Below, in pieces: positions 1 through 9,410 of a stretch of DNA of 64,000 nt. The number at the start of each line of letters is the position of its first letter. Position 1 is the stretch's first letter. Under the pieces are notes generated by a model. The model was not told where the DNA came from. It was given only the letters and a program-made list of their open reading frames with translations, and did no database searches. Position numbers and translations under genes: made by a program. This DNA comes from a virus (taxonomy: Duplodnaviria > Caudoviricetes), in the IMG/VR virus record IMGVR_UViG_3300037067_024509, positions 18,724 to 82,723 of that record; one strand, written 5' to 3'.

Positions 1-22
1 AAGTGAATCGAATACCAAAATA

Positions 23-316
23 ATGGAATTAACTAGTGTTACAAAATTGCCAAGACGTGTAGCCACTTTTTCAAAAGAATGTTTAGAAGATTCCATAAAA
101 TTTAACAGGACAGGTCACGATATTTATTTATCAATAAATTTTATGAATTATGTTGATAGTAAAATTAGCGGTATTCGTGGAAATGGATACAATAAACTTA
201 CTGATAAATCGAAAGAATGGTTAAAAGAAAATGTTGATGAAATAGCAAATAAATATAATGCTAAAGTTATGTTTATTGGAACTGGAGCAAAAACAGACGA
301 CAAAATAATATTATAA
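23..316 (+). CDS. Hypothetical protein
   Basis: 97-aa ORF; no recognisable motif. Confidence 0.45.
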   Translation: MELTSVTKLPRRVATFSKECLEDSIKFNRTGHDIYLSINFMNYVDSKISGIRGNGYNKLTDKSKEWLKENVDEIANKYNAKVMFIGTGAKTDDKIIL

Positions 317-802
317 TTTTGGCCATAATTTTTTATCGATTTTTAATTGTGATAATAATTTTGTAGACATTAATTTTATAATACTTATATCGTTTATCGC
401 TACTGGCGGATTATCATGGAATATTTTGTTCCATTCTATATTTTTATCGTTCCATAATGATATAATATTATTAATATATTTTTTATGATTATTTTTCATA
501 TGGCTTGGATCAATTATTATTCCAGCTAATGTTATTAATATTATAGTTTTTGGATTACCTTCTATATTATTCGTATTTATACCTGGTGTTTCAAAGAATT
601 CTGATTGATATATTTCTTTTAATACTTTTGATATTGTTATATCTTCTTTTATTTCATCAACTTTACAATATAATTCTTTATTATCATCATCCCATGTTTT
701 TGATATTATTATATAAATTTTATTATTGCTAATTATTGTATCGTTTACTATTAAATGGTCTGGTACATTGCATATACTGATTTTTTCGTTATAAACTTGC
801 AT
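311..802 (-). CDS. Hypothetical protein, divergent from the polymerase gene
   Basis: 163-aa ORF filling the gap; TATAAAT lies 6 nt upstream of its ATG on the minus strand. Confidence 0.6.
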   Translation of the reverse strand: MQVYNEKISICNVPDHLIVNDTIISNNKIYIIISKTWDDDNKELYCKVDEIKEDITISKVLKEIYQSEFFETPGINTNNIEGNPKTIILITLAGIIIDPSHMKNNHKKYINNIISLWNDKNIEWNKIFHDNPPVAINDISIIKLMSTKLLSQLKIDKKLWPKL

Positions 803-835
803 AATGTTATTTATAAATGAAAGTATATTATAAAT

Positions 836-3800
836 ATGGCTATAGAATGGGATGATATTGTAAAGTATGCGAAGCGTGAGGCTGATAAGCTTGGACCTGA
901 ATATACTAAACGATTAGAATTTGAAATAAATGAGATTGAAAAGCAAGCCGCTAGTGAATATTATATCCAACTTTTGAATGATAAAAAGAAATACGACACT
1001 AATAAAAATGGATTAGTACTGCCATTTATATTAAAAATAACAAATATAGACCCTATAAAAAATAATGTCGGTCATATTATCACATATGAAGCAGATTATC
1101 CCGATATTGACTCAGATTTCCTCCCTCATGCTCGTGATTCAGTAAAGAAATTTATATCTGATAAGTTTGGTGCTGATAAAGTTTGTACAGTTGGTAATTG
1201 GAATACCCTTGGCGTCAGGCAAGCTGTGCTCGATTCAGCACGAATTCTTGGTGCTGACCTTGATAAAGCTAATGCTGTTACAAAGAATTTATCTAAAGAT
1301 TTTGAAGAACTTATTGATCTTGATGACATGCTTTCTGCTAGTGATGAATTTAGATCTTATTATGAATCTAATAGAGAAGTAGTTGAATTAGCTCTTCGTC
1401 TTGTTGGTAAGATTAAGAGCCAGGGTCAACATGCTGGTGGTGTTATTATTAGCAGCGTTCATTTAGCTGACACTATTCCGATGAGTATTATTAAAGGTAA
1501 GCAGGTTAGTCAATGGACTGAAGGTATGGCGTCAGTTCAGCTTAGTAAATTTGGATTAGTTAAATTCGATATTCTTGGTCTAAATACTTTAGCCTATAAT
1601 ACTTATACAGAAGAATTGGTTAAGAAGAATAGAGGAGTTATTATTGATTGGAGTGAAAGTGATCCTACTTGTGAAGAACCTTACTTTGGGTATGAAACTT
1701 ATCCTGATGGTACTAAAATTAAAATTTTAATGAATGATCCATTAGCTATCAAATTAGCTGACAATGTTAAAACTGATGCTGTGTTCCAATTTGACACTCC
1801 AGTTGCTAAAGGTGTATTATCTAATGGAGTTAAAACATTTTTTGATCTTGTGACATATACGGCAATGGCCCGGCCAGGTCCAATTTCGATGATACCAGAG
1901 CTTGTTGCTCGTAGAGATGACCCTAAGCAAAGCTGGAAGAAAAAAGAAGATCCAAGAATTGTTGAAATGTTAGAGAAAACTTTTGGCATAGTTTGTGTAC
2001 ATGAAGATACAATGATATCTATGTCTAATGGGTTGGAAACTAGGATTAAAGATATTAATGTTGGTGACAAAGTTTTTTCTGTTTCTGAAAATGATAGAAA
2101 AATTAATTCAAATAAAGTTATTAACAAGATAAAAACAAAATTTGGTTATGGTTTAAGATTGACTTTAAATAATGGTATTGATGCCATCTTTACTCCTGAC
2201 CATAAAGTTTTAACTCATGATGGATATAAAGAAGTTCAACTACTTAATGAAAATGATGTAATTGCAATAGCTTATAATTTTAAATGGAAAGGCAAATCTA
2301 GAAATATTGCTGAATGGCTTGGTAATAATAATGATGTTTCTTATTTTATTGGATTGTTAGTTGGTGATGGATGTTTAACATCTTCTAATTATTGTATTGC
2401 AGTAGGATCTAAAAAAGATGCTTTGATAGTTAAAAAATTTATTGATAAAAATCTTAAATTAAATACTAATTTATTTTTTCACACTAGGTGTTGGTATATT
2501 TCATTTAATTCAAATTATAAAGATGAGTTTAAAGTTGATGAAAATGATTTTTTGAATCATAAAGACAATTATAATTGGTGGAATTTTGTATTGAACAAAT
2601 ATACGATTGATGAAATTCACAATAATTTAAAAAAATATGGTTTTAAAAGAAGTATATGGATGATTTTTCATAGAATGAATAAATTTAATATTAAGAAAAA
2701 ATTAATAAATAGATCTAAAACTAAGTTGCATAGTTGGATTGAAGAGATTGGTTTAAACTGTAATTTTTATAATAAGAGAGTGCCTGAGTGTATAATGACT
2801 GGAAATGAATCTATAAGAGCATATTTTTTGGCTGGTTTGATTGATTCAGATGGATGTATATCTAAATCAAAAAGAAATATTACATGTGTAAATATTAGTT
2901 CAATTAATAAATTATTATTAAATGATATTAGAAAAATATTAAATGGTTTTGGAATGCATTATAAATTATATAAACACAGAATATATATATGGAGCACAGA
3001 GAAATTAAAAAAATTAATTAATGATAAGTTGGTCATAAAAACAATGGGAAATGGTAAATTATTGAATGGTAAATATTTATGTGAATATCCAATATCTGCA
3101 ATGAATAGTATTGGATATCAAAAATTGATGAGCTTTGGTATACCAAAAGCAACAATAATTGGAAACAGAAATTCGGATAGGAAATTTATAATTAATAAAA
3201 CTATAAATAAACTCGGTATAAATTTAGGTGATCTGCAATTTTATTCTGTTAGATCTATTGATAAAGTCGAAAATTGCCAATTTTATGATATAACTGTTGA
3301 AAATGATCATTCTATGATATGTAATGGCATGGTTGCGCATAATTGTTACCAAGAGCAGTTAACGGCTGTTTGGATGAAATTCGGAGGATTAACAGCACCA
3401 GAAGCAGAAAAGGCTAGAAAGGCAGTTGCTAAGAAGAAGCGTGATGAAGTTTTGAAGTTGGGTCCAAAGATTATTTCTGGTATGATTAAAAATGGCTTTA
3501 AGGATGACCCATCTAAACCTGATGAAGAAGGTAAGTTTCCTCAATCTGATCCGTATTCTGCTCAGGGATATTGGTCAAGAATGGTTGATTTCGGAAGATA
3601 TTGCTTTAATCTTAGTCATGCGATGGCCTACGGAATTGTTGCTTATCGTGCTTTGTGGTTGAAGGCTCATTATCCTCCGGAGTTTTGGGCGTCTATTTTG
3701 ACTTATTGTAAGCTTGAGTCTAAACCTAAATATGTTAGTGTTGCTAAGGCTGAGGGTGTTAATTTTAGGCCATTGAGAGTTGGTATGTTTTCTGATAGAT

Positions 3801-4651
3801 TTACTGTTGATAAGGACTTGAATGTTTATCCTAGTTTGTCTATGGTTAAGGGTATAGGTGATAGTGCTGCTAAGAATTATAGTGTTGATGGTGGTTCTTG
3901 TACAAGTTTTGATGATTTTTTGGTGAAGTATGGTAAGAGTAAGGCTGTTATGGAGAGGTTGATTAAGCTTGGTGCTTTTGATGATATAGAGTCTAATAGG
4001 AATGGACTATGGAATTGGTATTTGTATAAGTATTGTTCAAAATCTGAAGATGTTGATGCTGTTAGAAAGAATATTAATGATAAGATTATTGGTGTTGAAT
4101 GGCCTGCTGATAAAATTAAAATTGAGCGTGAACGTCAGTTAGATGAATTTAAAAAATTATTTCCAAAAAAGAAGCCACTTAAAAGGATTACTGAATGGGA
4201 GCCTAAAATTGGTTATAAATATGATTATCCTACTATAAAAGAGGTTATTAATTTATTTGATGATTATACTTTAAAAGAGAAGTTAATGTTTGAGAAGGAA
4301 TATCTTGGTGTTTATTGGACTGATCCTATGCAGTTGTTTGAATATGATAGGGAATATTGTTTTGAGAATGCCAAGGTTGAAGAGGATTATTATGTTGATG
4401 GTATTGTTGAAGGATTTAATGATGCTAGAACTAAGAATGGTAAGAGGTTTAGGAATTATAATGTTAGTGATGGTGTAGAGACTAATGCTATTAAAATTTG
4501 GGAAGATTCTATTAAATATCAGGATGAAGAGGTTTATAAACCTGGATGTGGTGTAAGGGTTCCAGTTAAATGGTCTGAAAAATATCATTCATTTAGTCTA
4601 CAACGTAATTGCAGTATAGTATCATTAAGGAATAAACGTGTTACATCCTAG
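836..4651 (+). CDS. dnaE: Family C DNA polymerase (Pol III alpha/DnaE-like), lacking the PHP domain, intein-containing
   Basis: Motifs PDIDSDF, GQHAGG, KFDILGL, RPGP, YQEQ, CFNLSHA, HhH (KGIG) and a C-terminal OB-like region. Confidence 0.95.
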   Translation: MAIEWDDIVKYAKREADKLGPEYTKRLEFEINEIEKQAASEYYIQLLNDKKKYDTNKNGLVLPFILKITNIDPIKNNVGHIITYEADYPDIDSDFLPHARDSVKKFISDKFGADKVCTVGNWNTLGVRQAVLDSARILGADLDKANAVTKNLSKDFEELIDLDDMLSASDEFRSYYESNREVVELALRLVGKIKSQGQHAGGVIISSVHLADTIPMSIIKGKQVSQWTEGMASVQLSKFGLVKFDILGLNTLAYNTYTEELVKKNRGVIIDWSESDPTCEEPYFGYETYPDGTKIKILMNDPLAIKLADNVKTDAVFQFDTPVAKGVLSNGVKTFFDLVTYTAMARPGPISMIPELVARRDDPKQSWKKKEDPRIVEMLEKTFGIVCVHEDTMISMSNGLETRIKDINVGDKVFSVSENDRKINSNKVINKIKTKFGYGLRLTLNNGIDAIFTPDHKVLTHDGYKEVQLLNENDVIAIAYNFKWKGKSRNIAEWLGNNNDVSYFIGLLVGDGCLTSSNYCIAVGSKKDALIVKKFIDKNLKLNTNLFFHTRCWYISFNSNYKDEFKVDENDFLNHKDNYNWWNFVLNKYTIDEIHNNLKKYGFKRSIWMIFHRMNKFNIKKKLINRSKTKLHSWIEEIGLNCNFYNKRVPECIMTGNESIRAYFLAGLIDSDGCISKSKRNITCVNISSINKLLLNDIRKILNGFGMHYKLYKHRIYIWSTEKLKKLINDKLVIKTMGNGKLLNGKYLCEYPISAMNSIGYQKLMSFGIPKATIIGNRNSDRKFIINKTINKLGINLGDLQFYSVRSIDKVENCQFYDITVENDHSMICNGMVAHNCYQEQLTAVWMKFGGLTAPEAEKARKAVAKKKRDEVLKLGPKIISGMIKNGFKDDPSKPDEEGKFPQSDPYSAQGYWSRMVDFGRYCFNLSHAMAYGIVAYRALWLKAHYPPEFWASILTYCKLESKPKYVSVAKAEGVNFRPLRVGMFSDRFTVDKDLNVYPSLSMVKGIGDSAAKNYSVDGGSCTSFDDFLVKYGKSKAVMERLIKLGAFDDIESNRNGLWNWYLYKYCSKSEDVDAVRKNINDKIIGVEWPADKIKIERERQLDEFKKLFPKKKPLKRITEWEPKIGYKYDYPTIKEVINLFDDYTLKEKLMFEKEYLGVYWTDPMQLFEYDREYCFENAKVEEDYYVDGIVEGFNDARTKNGKRFRNYNVSDGVETNAIKIWEDSIKYQDEEVYKPGCGVRVPVKWSEKYHSFSLQRNCSIVSLRNKRVTS
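1994..3343 (+). mobile_element. Intein with LAGLIDADG homing endonuclease (450 aa) in DnaE
   Basis: Begins CVHEDT, ends VAHN followed by Cys; removal restores GIV-CYQEQ; contains GLLVGDG and LAGLIDSDG. Confidence 0.95.
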
Positions 4652-5039
4652 TAAGCGTGGTATCATATGTGATTTGTCTGGAGTTGATCATCTTATTAAG
4701 GATGATAAATTAGAATATTATGTTATTTCTATTAAGAATGGTAATGATAATTTACTTGATCTGGATATTACTTCTGATGAGATGAACAAGATTTTTAATA
4801 AGATTAATAAACCTGTATGTAAATTTTGTGGGTCTTCTGATAATGTTGTTGCAACCGTATTATCTAAGCATATTATTGCTCATTCTGATCATAATGATGT
4901 TGATGATGGTATATCGTTTAAAATTTGTATGAATTGTTTTGCTGAATTACGCCAGCAAGTACTTAATGTAGTAACAAAAGCTAATGATAGGATAAGGAAT
5001 ATTAAGAATGAAAAACCTGTACGAACTAATAACGGTTAG
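4638..5039 (+). CDS. Hypothetical protein with two CxxC motifs
   Basis: CKFC and CMNC; SD-like AAGGA before the GTG. Confidence 0.6.
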   Translation: MLHPSKRGIICDLSGVDHLIKDDKLEYYVISIKNGNDNLLDLDITSDEMNKIFNKINKPVCKFCGSSDNVVATVLSKHIIAHSDHNDVDDGISFKICMNCFAELRQQVLNVVTKANDRIRNIKNEKPVRTNNG

Positions 5040-5361
5040 AATAGCTGGTGTTGAAACTTTTGCTAGACCTGTTGAATTTGAATATGATGATAAATCACAG
5101 CCTGTTTTAGTTAAGAAAATTGTTACTACATGTCCTAAGTGTGGTTCATTAAATGAATATGAATCTAATCTTGATGATAATTCTGTTATTTTGTCTTTGA
5201 AATGTTCTAATTGTGAAAAGGAGGTTATTGATTCTAATATTATTAAAGTTGATAAAAAAATTGGTTTAGATAAACCATCAATTGTTAGTCTTGGTGAACC
5301 TGATTTTATAGATCCTATCAAAGCTGGATTATTTGAATTTGATGAAATATTAGCAAATTAA
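5008..5361 (+). CDS. Zinc-ribbon protein
   Basis: CPKC...CSNC; exact start uncertain. Confidence 0.6.
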   Translation: MKNLYELITVRIAGVETFARPVEFEYDDKSQPVLVKKIVTTCPKCGSLNEYESNLDDNSVILSLKCSNCEKEVIDSNIIKVDKKIGLDKPSIVSLGEPDFIDPIKAGLFEFDEILAN

Positions 5362-5365
5362 AAAT

Positions 5366-6319
5366 ATGTGGAGTAAGTCTAAGAAATATATTATTGGTAG
5401 TGGTATAATTGCATTGGCATGTAGAAAGATATTAGGGAATGATTGGAATATTATTCCTTTTGGACCAAGCAGATTTTATACTGATAAAGTGTCATGGGGG
5501 GATAATTATATATTGTATGATAATACTGTTGCTGATCTTATAGCTGGTTGGTCACTTGATAAAACTCCTATATTATACAAAAGACCATTTTCTTATGGTG
5601 GCAGGTTGATTTATAATATATCATTTGTTGATGAATATATTAGTAGATTAGGAATTGATTCAGATAAAATATTGAGACCTTATTTTAAGACTGATTTTAC
5701 TGTTTTTAATTTTAGTTCTACTGCATTATGGAAATATTTAGTAACTCAAAATATTGATAATATTAAATCATTTTATTCACAGTATAAAGATGTTAAAGGA
5801 ATTGATTCTATAAAGGATAATAGAATAATTTTTAAATCTGAAAATAGTGTTATTGATCTTGAATATGATCAATTAATATCTACTATTCCATATAATTCAT
5901 TTGCTGATATGACTAATTTGAGTAATGGTGAAGGTATTCAGTGTTATTACTATATAATAAAAGATGATAAGATTGATATAGAAAAAGCTAATCAAGTTTT
6001 AATATGTGATAGTGTGATTCCGTTTAATAAGTGCACTAAATTAAAAAATAATATTTATATGGTTGAAGTTTATAATGATTATTATGATAAGCCGTATGAT
6101 GTTTTTTCTCCTGTTTTTGGTAATTCTTTTGAAATTTTAGAAACGCATACTATAAGTGATGCTATAATGAAACCGTTTGATATTAATATGGAATTTGTAA
6201 ATAATAATAATATAGTATTGATAGGAAGTAATGCGCAATGCGATCCACTAATGGATATCAGCAGTTGTATAAAAAGAATAGGAAATTTGTTGAACAAGAA
6301 TCAGATTATGACTTCTTAA
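5366..6319 (+). CDS. FAD-dependent oxidoreductase-like protein (divergent)
   Basis: N-terminal Rossmann-like YIIGSGIIA, YDQLISTIP and C-terminal IVLIGSNAQ...MD. Confidence 0.55.
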   Translation: MWSKSKKYIIGSGIIALACRKILGNDWNIIPFGPSRFYTDKVSWGDNYILYDNTVADLIAGWSLDKTPILYKRPFSYGGRLIYNISFVDEYISRLGIDSDKILRPYFKTDFTVFNFSSTALWKYLVTQNIDNIKSFYSQYKDVKGIDSIKDNRIIFKSENSVIDLEYDQLISTIPYNSFADMTNLSNGEGIQCYYYIIKDDKIDIEKANQVLICDSVIPFNKCTKLKNNIYMVEVYNDYYDKPYDVFSPVFGNSFEILETHTISDAIMKPFDINMEFVNNNNIVLIGSNAQCDPLMDISSCIKRIGNLLNKNQIMTS

Positions 6320-6909
6320 CAACTAGTGATAAACCATTTCCAAAAATGCTTCCGATCACTAAGTATGATGCTGGTTTATTAGAAACTAAAGAACAGAAAT
6401 TTGAAAGATATTTAAGGCAGTTATCTAGGTGTATATATGCATGTTCATTATGTGAATTAGGTGATATAGAAGTTTTTGGCAATAATACTTATTATGATCC
6501 ACATTGTTCTAATCCAATTAAATTTAATAAAATAATGTTTTTAAAATATACTCCAAATAATAGAGATATAGAGTTTGGAATTTTTAATGAATTTAAGGAA
6601 AAATGTGAAAAATATGGATTGAAGTTTGATAATATTTATAAAACATCTATAATTAAGTGCTGTGGTGAATCTAAATTTAAATGTCCATATTTTGATATAG
6701 AGTTAAAATCAAGTAGATCTTTATTTAAATTAATTATAATTTTTGATAAAAAATCAGCTAGTTATTTAGGATTAAATTTTAAAGATGGCGAATTAGATAT
6801 TTTTGATAATTCAAGAGTTTATTATTGTAATAATAATTTAGATAATATTTTAAAATTGATTAAGTTATCAAATACTAATCAACAAATTTATAATAGTCTT
6901 TTTGTTTGA
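6238..6909 (+). CDS. Family-4 uracil-DNA glycosylase-fold protein, probably inactive
   Basis: ACSLC, IMFLKYTP, NIYKTSIIKC and KCPYF follow the UDG-4 pattern; catalytic motifs altered; start uncertain. Confidence 0.55.
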   Translation: MRSTNGYQQLYKKNRKFVEQESDYDFLTTSDKPFPKMLPITKYDAGLLETKEQKFERYLRQLSRCIYACSLCELGDIEVFGNNTYYDPHCSNPIKFNKIMFLKYTPNNRDIEFGIFNEFKEKCEKYGLKFDNIYKTSIIKCCGESKFKCPYFDIELKSSRSLFKLIIIFDKKSASYLGLNFKDGELDIFDNSRVYYCNNNLDNILKLIKLSNTNQQIYNSLFV

Positions 6910-7234
6910 TTAATTCTTTATTATGATATTTTGATGAATAATTTCTTAACAATCCTATTGTACTTATTATTTTGTTGTTTGGTAATAATTTAGTCATTTC
7001 ATCTTTAGTTATTTTACCATTTATTAATATTATTTGTACCATTTCTTCTAATTTCTTTTCTGAATCAATTTTTTCTATTGCTTTTTTATTTTCTGGTCTA
7101 TCAGCTATTTTACTAACTAAATCATTTAATTCATTTATTGTTTCTTTTGATATTTCTGAATTTAACATATTTTTAATTTCTTCACTTATATTTATACCTA
7201 TATCAACTTTATTTATTGTTATTTTGTCTGTCAT
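6875..7234 (-). CDS. Hypothetical helical protein
   Basis: 119-aa ORF; GTATTTA-N6-ATG upstream. Confidence 0.65.
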   Translation of the reverse strand: MTDKITINKVDIGINISEEIKNMLNSEISKETINELNDLVSKIADRPENKKAIEKIDSEKKLEEMVQIILINGKITKDEMTKLLPNNKIISTIGLLRNYSSKYHNKELIKQKDYYKFVD

Positions 7235-7235
7235 G

Positions 7236-7247
7236 GTATTTAAATAC
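7236..7247. promoter_or_regulatory. Palindromic putative bidirectional promoter (GTATTTAAATAC)
   Basis: Perfect 12-bp palindrome between divergent genes; presents GTATTTA on both strands. Confidence 0.55.
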
Positions 7248-7257
7248 AGGAGATCAT

Positions 7258-7986
7258 ATGAAAGAAATGTGTTTTTTAACTGATGTTGAATGTGATGTTG
7301 TTGATTTTTTGCATGATGGTCTTGTTTATAAGATTTCTGAAAGTATAGCTGATGAGAGTCCTGTTAAGGTTATTAAGAACATGATAGTTGATAAGATTGA
7401 GTCCAATAAGAGTAAAAAGACTGGGTTGTTGACTAGAATTGAAGATATGGCTAAATCTATGGGTGTTAGTAAGGATGAATTGATTAAGATGCTTGGTGGT
7501 GGTATTAATAATTCTAATAATTCTCAACCTCAACAAGTTAAGCAACAAATTAATATTAAAAAGAATGATGAAGATGATGGATTTAAAGAAGTTGATGGTA
7601 GTTTGAAATCATCTGCTGCAAAAGTTTCTGTTGACAGAGACTCTGGTGATTATATCGCTCCATCTCTTCCTGCTTATAATAGTGTTAAAGATAAGGATGG
7701 TAAACAAGTTGTTGAGTCTGATAAGAAGGTAAAGACTGTTGATAATATTATTATTTCTAAAAGTAGTATGGGTACTACTACTATAGCTATTTCTCCTACT
7801 AATTCTGAAAATGTTAATAAGTTAATATCTGAAGTGGATAGGCGTACTAATGAATTAATTAGAGGTAATGCTACTGGTGATAGGAATCAGGCTAAGGAGT
7901 GTCCACTTTGTAAGGGTACTGGTATTACTCAAATTAATAAAAAGGTTTGTACTAAATGTAATGGTTCAGGATTTATATTTTTATAA
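7258..7986 (+). CDS. Hypothetical protein with C-terminal DnaJ-type zinc finger
   Basis: CPLCKGTG...CTKCNGSG; start moved to the ATG after AGGAG. Confidence 0.7.
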   Translation: MKEMCFLTDVECDVVDFLHDGLVYKISESIADESPVKVIKNMIVDKIESNKSKKTGLLTRIEDMAKSMGVSKDELIKMLGGGINNSNNSQPQQVKQQINIKKNDEDDGFKEVDGSLKSSAAKVSVDRDSGDYIAPSLPAYNSVKDKDGKQVVESDKKVKTVDNIIISKSSMGTTTIAISPTNSENVNKLISEVDRRTNELIRGNATGDRNQAKECPLCKGTGITQINKKVCTKCNGSGFIFL

Positions 7987-7987
7987 A

Positions 7988-8431
7988 TTAAGTCATATCT
8001 GTTGTAGTTTTTTCAAAATTTACAAATATGTCTGTTAAATCTCCATAATCTTTTTGATAAACTATTGATAAGTTGTTATTATAAAATTTCCCATTTTGTA
8101 TTGATTTAACATAATTTAATGTTTTGTTAGTGTTTTGTAATGTATCAATTGATAATAAATTATTAATATAAATATAAATTCCATAATTTGGTTTTGTAAT
8201 TTTTTCTGTTTTTATTAAACTGTCTTTGATTAATTTATATAAAGTATAATTATCGACATTATTTGTTAAAATATGTCCAATTGGTTCAAATTGTATTAAT
8301 TCATATTTTTCTTTACATAATAATTCATAATGGTTAGAATTATAGTTAATTAAGCTGTCTATTTTTATTAATAAAAATAATTTATTTAATCCTATATTAG
8401 GTTGATAAATTTCCTGGTTTTGATTTATCAC
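7988..8431 (-). CDS. Hypothetical protein
   Basis: 147-aa ORF in a three-gene minus-strand run. Confidence 0.55.
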   Translation of the reverse strand: MINQNQEIYQPNIGLNKLFLLIKIDSLINYNSNHYELLCKEKYELIQFEPIGHILTNNVDNYTLYKLIKDSLIKTEKITKPNYGIYIYINNLLSIDTLQNTNKTLNYVKSIQNGKFYNNNLSIVYQKDYGDLTDIFVNFEKTTTDMT

Positions 8432-8639
8432 GGCTACCAGATATATTTGTTCCTAAAAAGTCTTGTTGTCCTGGTTTTACTGGAGTATCTTGGTTTCCAG
8501 ATCTATCAATTTTTTCTGATTCATCTTTTTGATTTGTTGCTATATCTTGATTGATAGTTGATTTAGCTGTTTTATATTTATCAACAGATTGCTGTATTCT
8601 GTTGATAGTATCTGGACCATTTATTGCACTAAGCTTCAT
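8397..8639 (-). CDS. Small hydrophilic hypothetical protein
   Basis: 80-aa ORF overlapping both neighbours. Confidence 0.5.
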   Translation of the reverse strand: MKLSAINGPDTINRIQQSVDKYKTAKSTINQDIATNQKDESEKIDRSGNQDTPVKPGQQDFLGTNISGSRDKSKPGNLST

Positions 8640-9126
8640 TTTTGGCTGGTCTAGTGTTTTTTGGTTCTATACCAGTGAATGGTTCATTTTCACCAGTAAA
8701 TGTTTCTTTCTCGGTATTGGTTGGTGGTTTATCACCTGGCTCTTCCATAGCTTTTTTAATTTTATCTAAATTAGTTGGGAATCCAACATCTTCCTCTTTA
8801 TATGATTTTGCCAATTTGGCAACGGCATCTTCTGCTATTTTTATATCTTTTTCAGGTATTCCTTGTGATTTTAATTCATTTTTTAGCATTAGTGCAAAAT
8901 GGGTATCATTTAACCATTTTATACTATGGATTTTACGAAATGAACTTGTTAATGATGTAAAATAATCAGAATTTTTTATTTCCAGTGCGAATTTGTCATT
9001 AATTTCTTCCCATTGGAATTGTACATTATGATCAGCTTCATCTGGTTTTTTGATTTCCTCTGATATAGTTCCTAATTCAACAATATTTTTAAATGTTTCA
9101 ATAAATAATTTTTCATTTTGATTCAT
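8629..9126 (-). CDS. Hypothetical protein
   Basis: 165-aa ORF with SD-like CAGGA upstream. Confidence 0.65.
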   Translation of the reverse strand: MNQNEKLFIETFKNIVELGTISEEIKKPDEADHNVQFQWEEINDKFALEIKNSDYFTSLTSSFRKIHSIKWLNDTHFALMLKNELKSQGIPEKDIKIAEDAVAKLAKSYKEEDVGFPTNLDKIKKAMEEPGDKPPTNTEKETFTGENEPFTGIEPKNTRPAKNEA

Positions 9127-9152
9127 GATGAATTCCTGTGTAATTAAATTTG

Positions 9153-9407
9153 ATGACGAGAACTACATTTGAAAGATTTGATATAGTGTCCATTTTAACT
9201 ACTAAAAATGTTAAATGGATGTGCGATATGCCAGGTAAATATCCTGATCCTAATGGATCTTGGACAATAGTATGTACATTTCCTGAATCTGGCACATTGT
9301 TAATTCAGAAAGAAACTGCTTTAGCTAAAATACCTGCTGCTGATGTTATTAAAGTTGCTAATTATGGAATTGAAAATGTATTTAAAAAGATCGATAACAA
9401 GGAATAA
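9153..9407 (+). CDS. Small hypothetical protein
   Basis: ORF directly upstream of recA; GTAATTA-N6-ATG. Confidence 0.65.
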   Translation: MTRTTFERFDIVSILTTKNVKWMCDMPGKYPDPNGSWTIVCTFPESGTLLIQKETALAKIPAADVIKVANYGIENVFKKIDNKE

Positions 9408-9410
9408 ATC

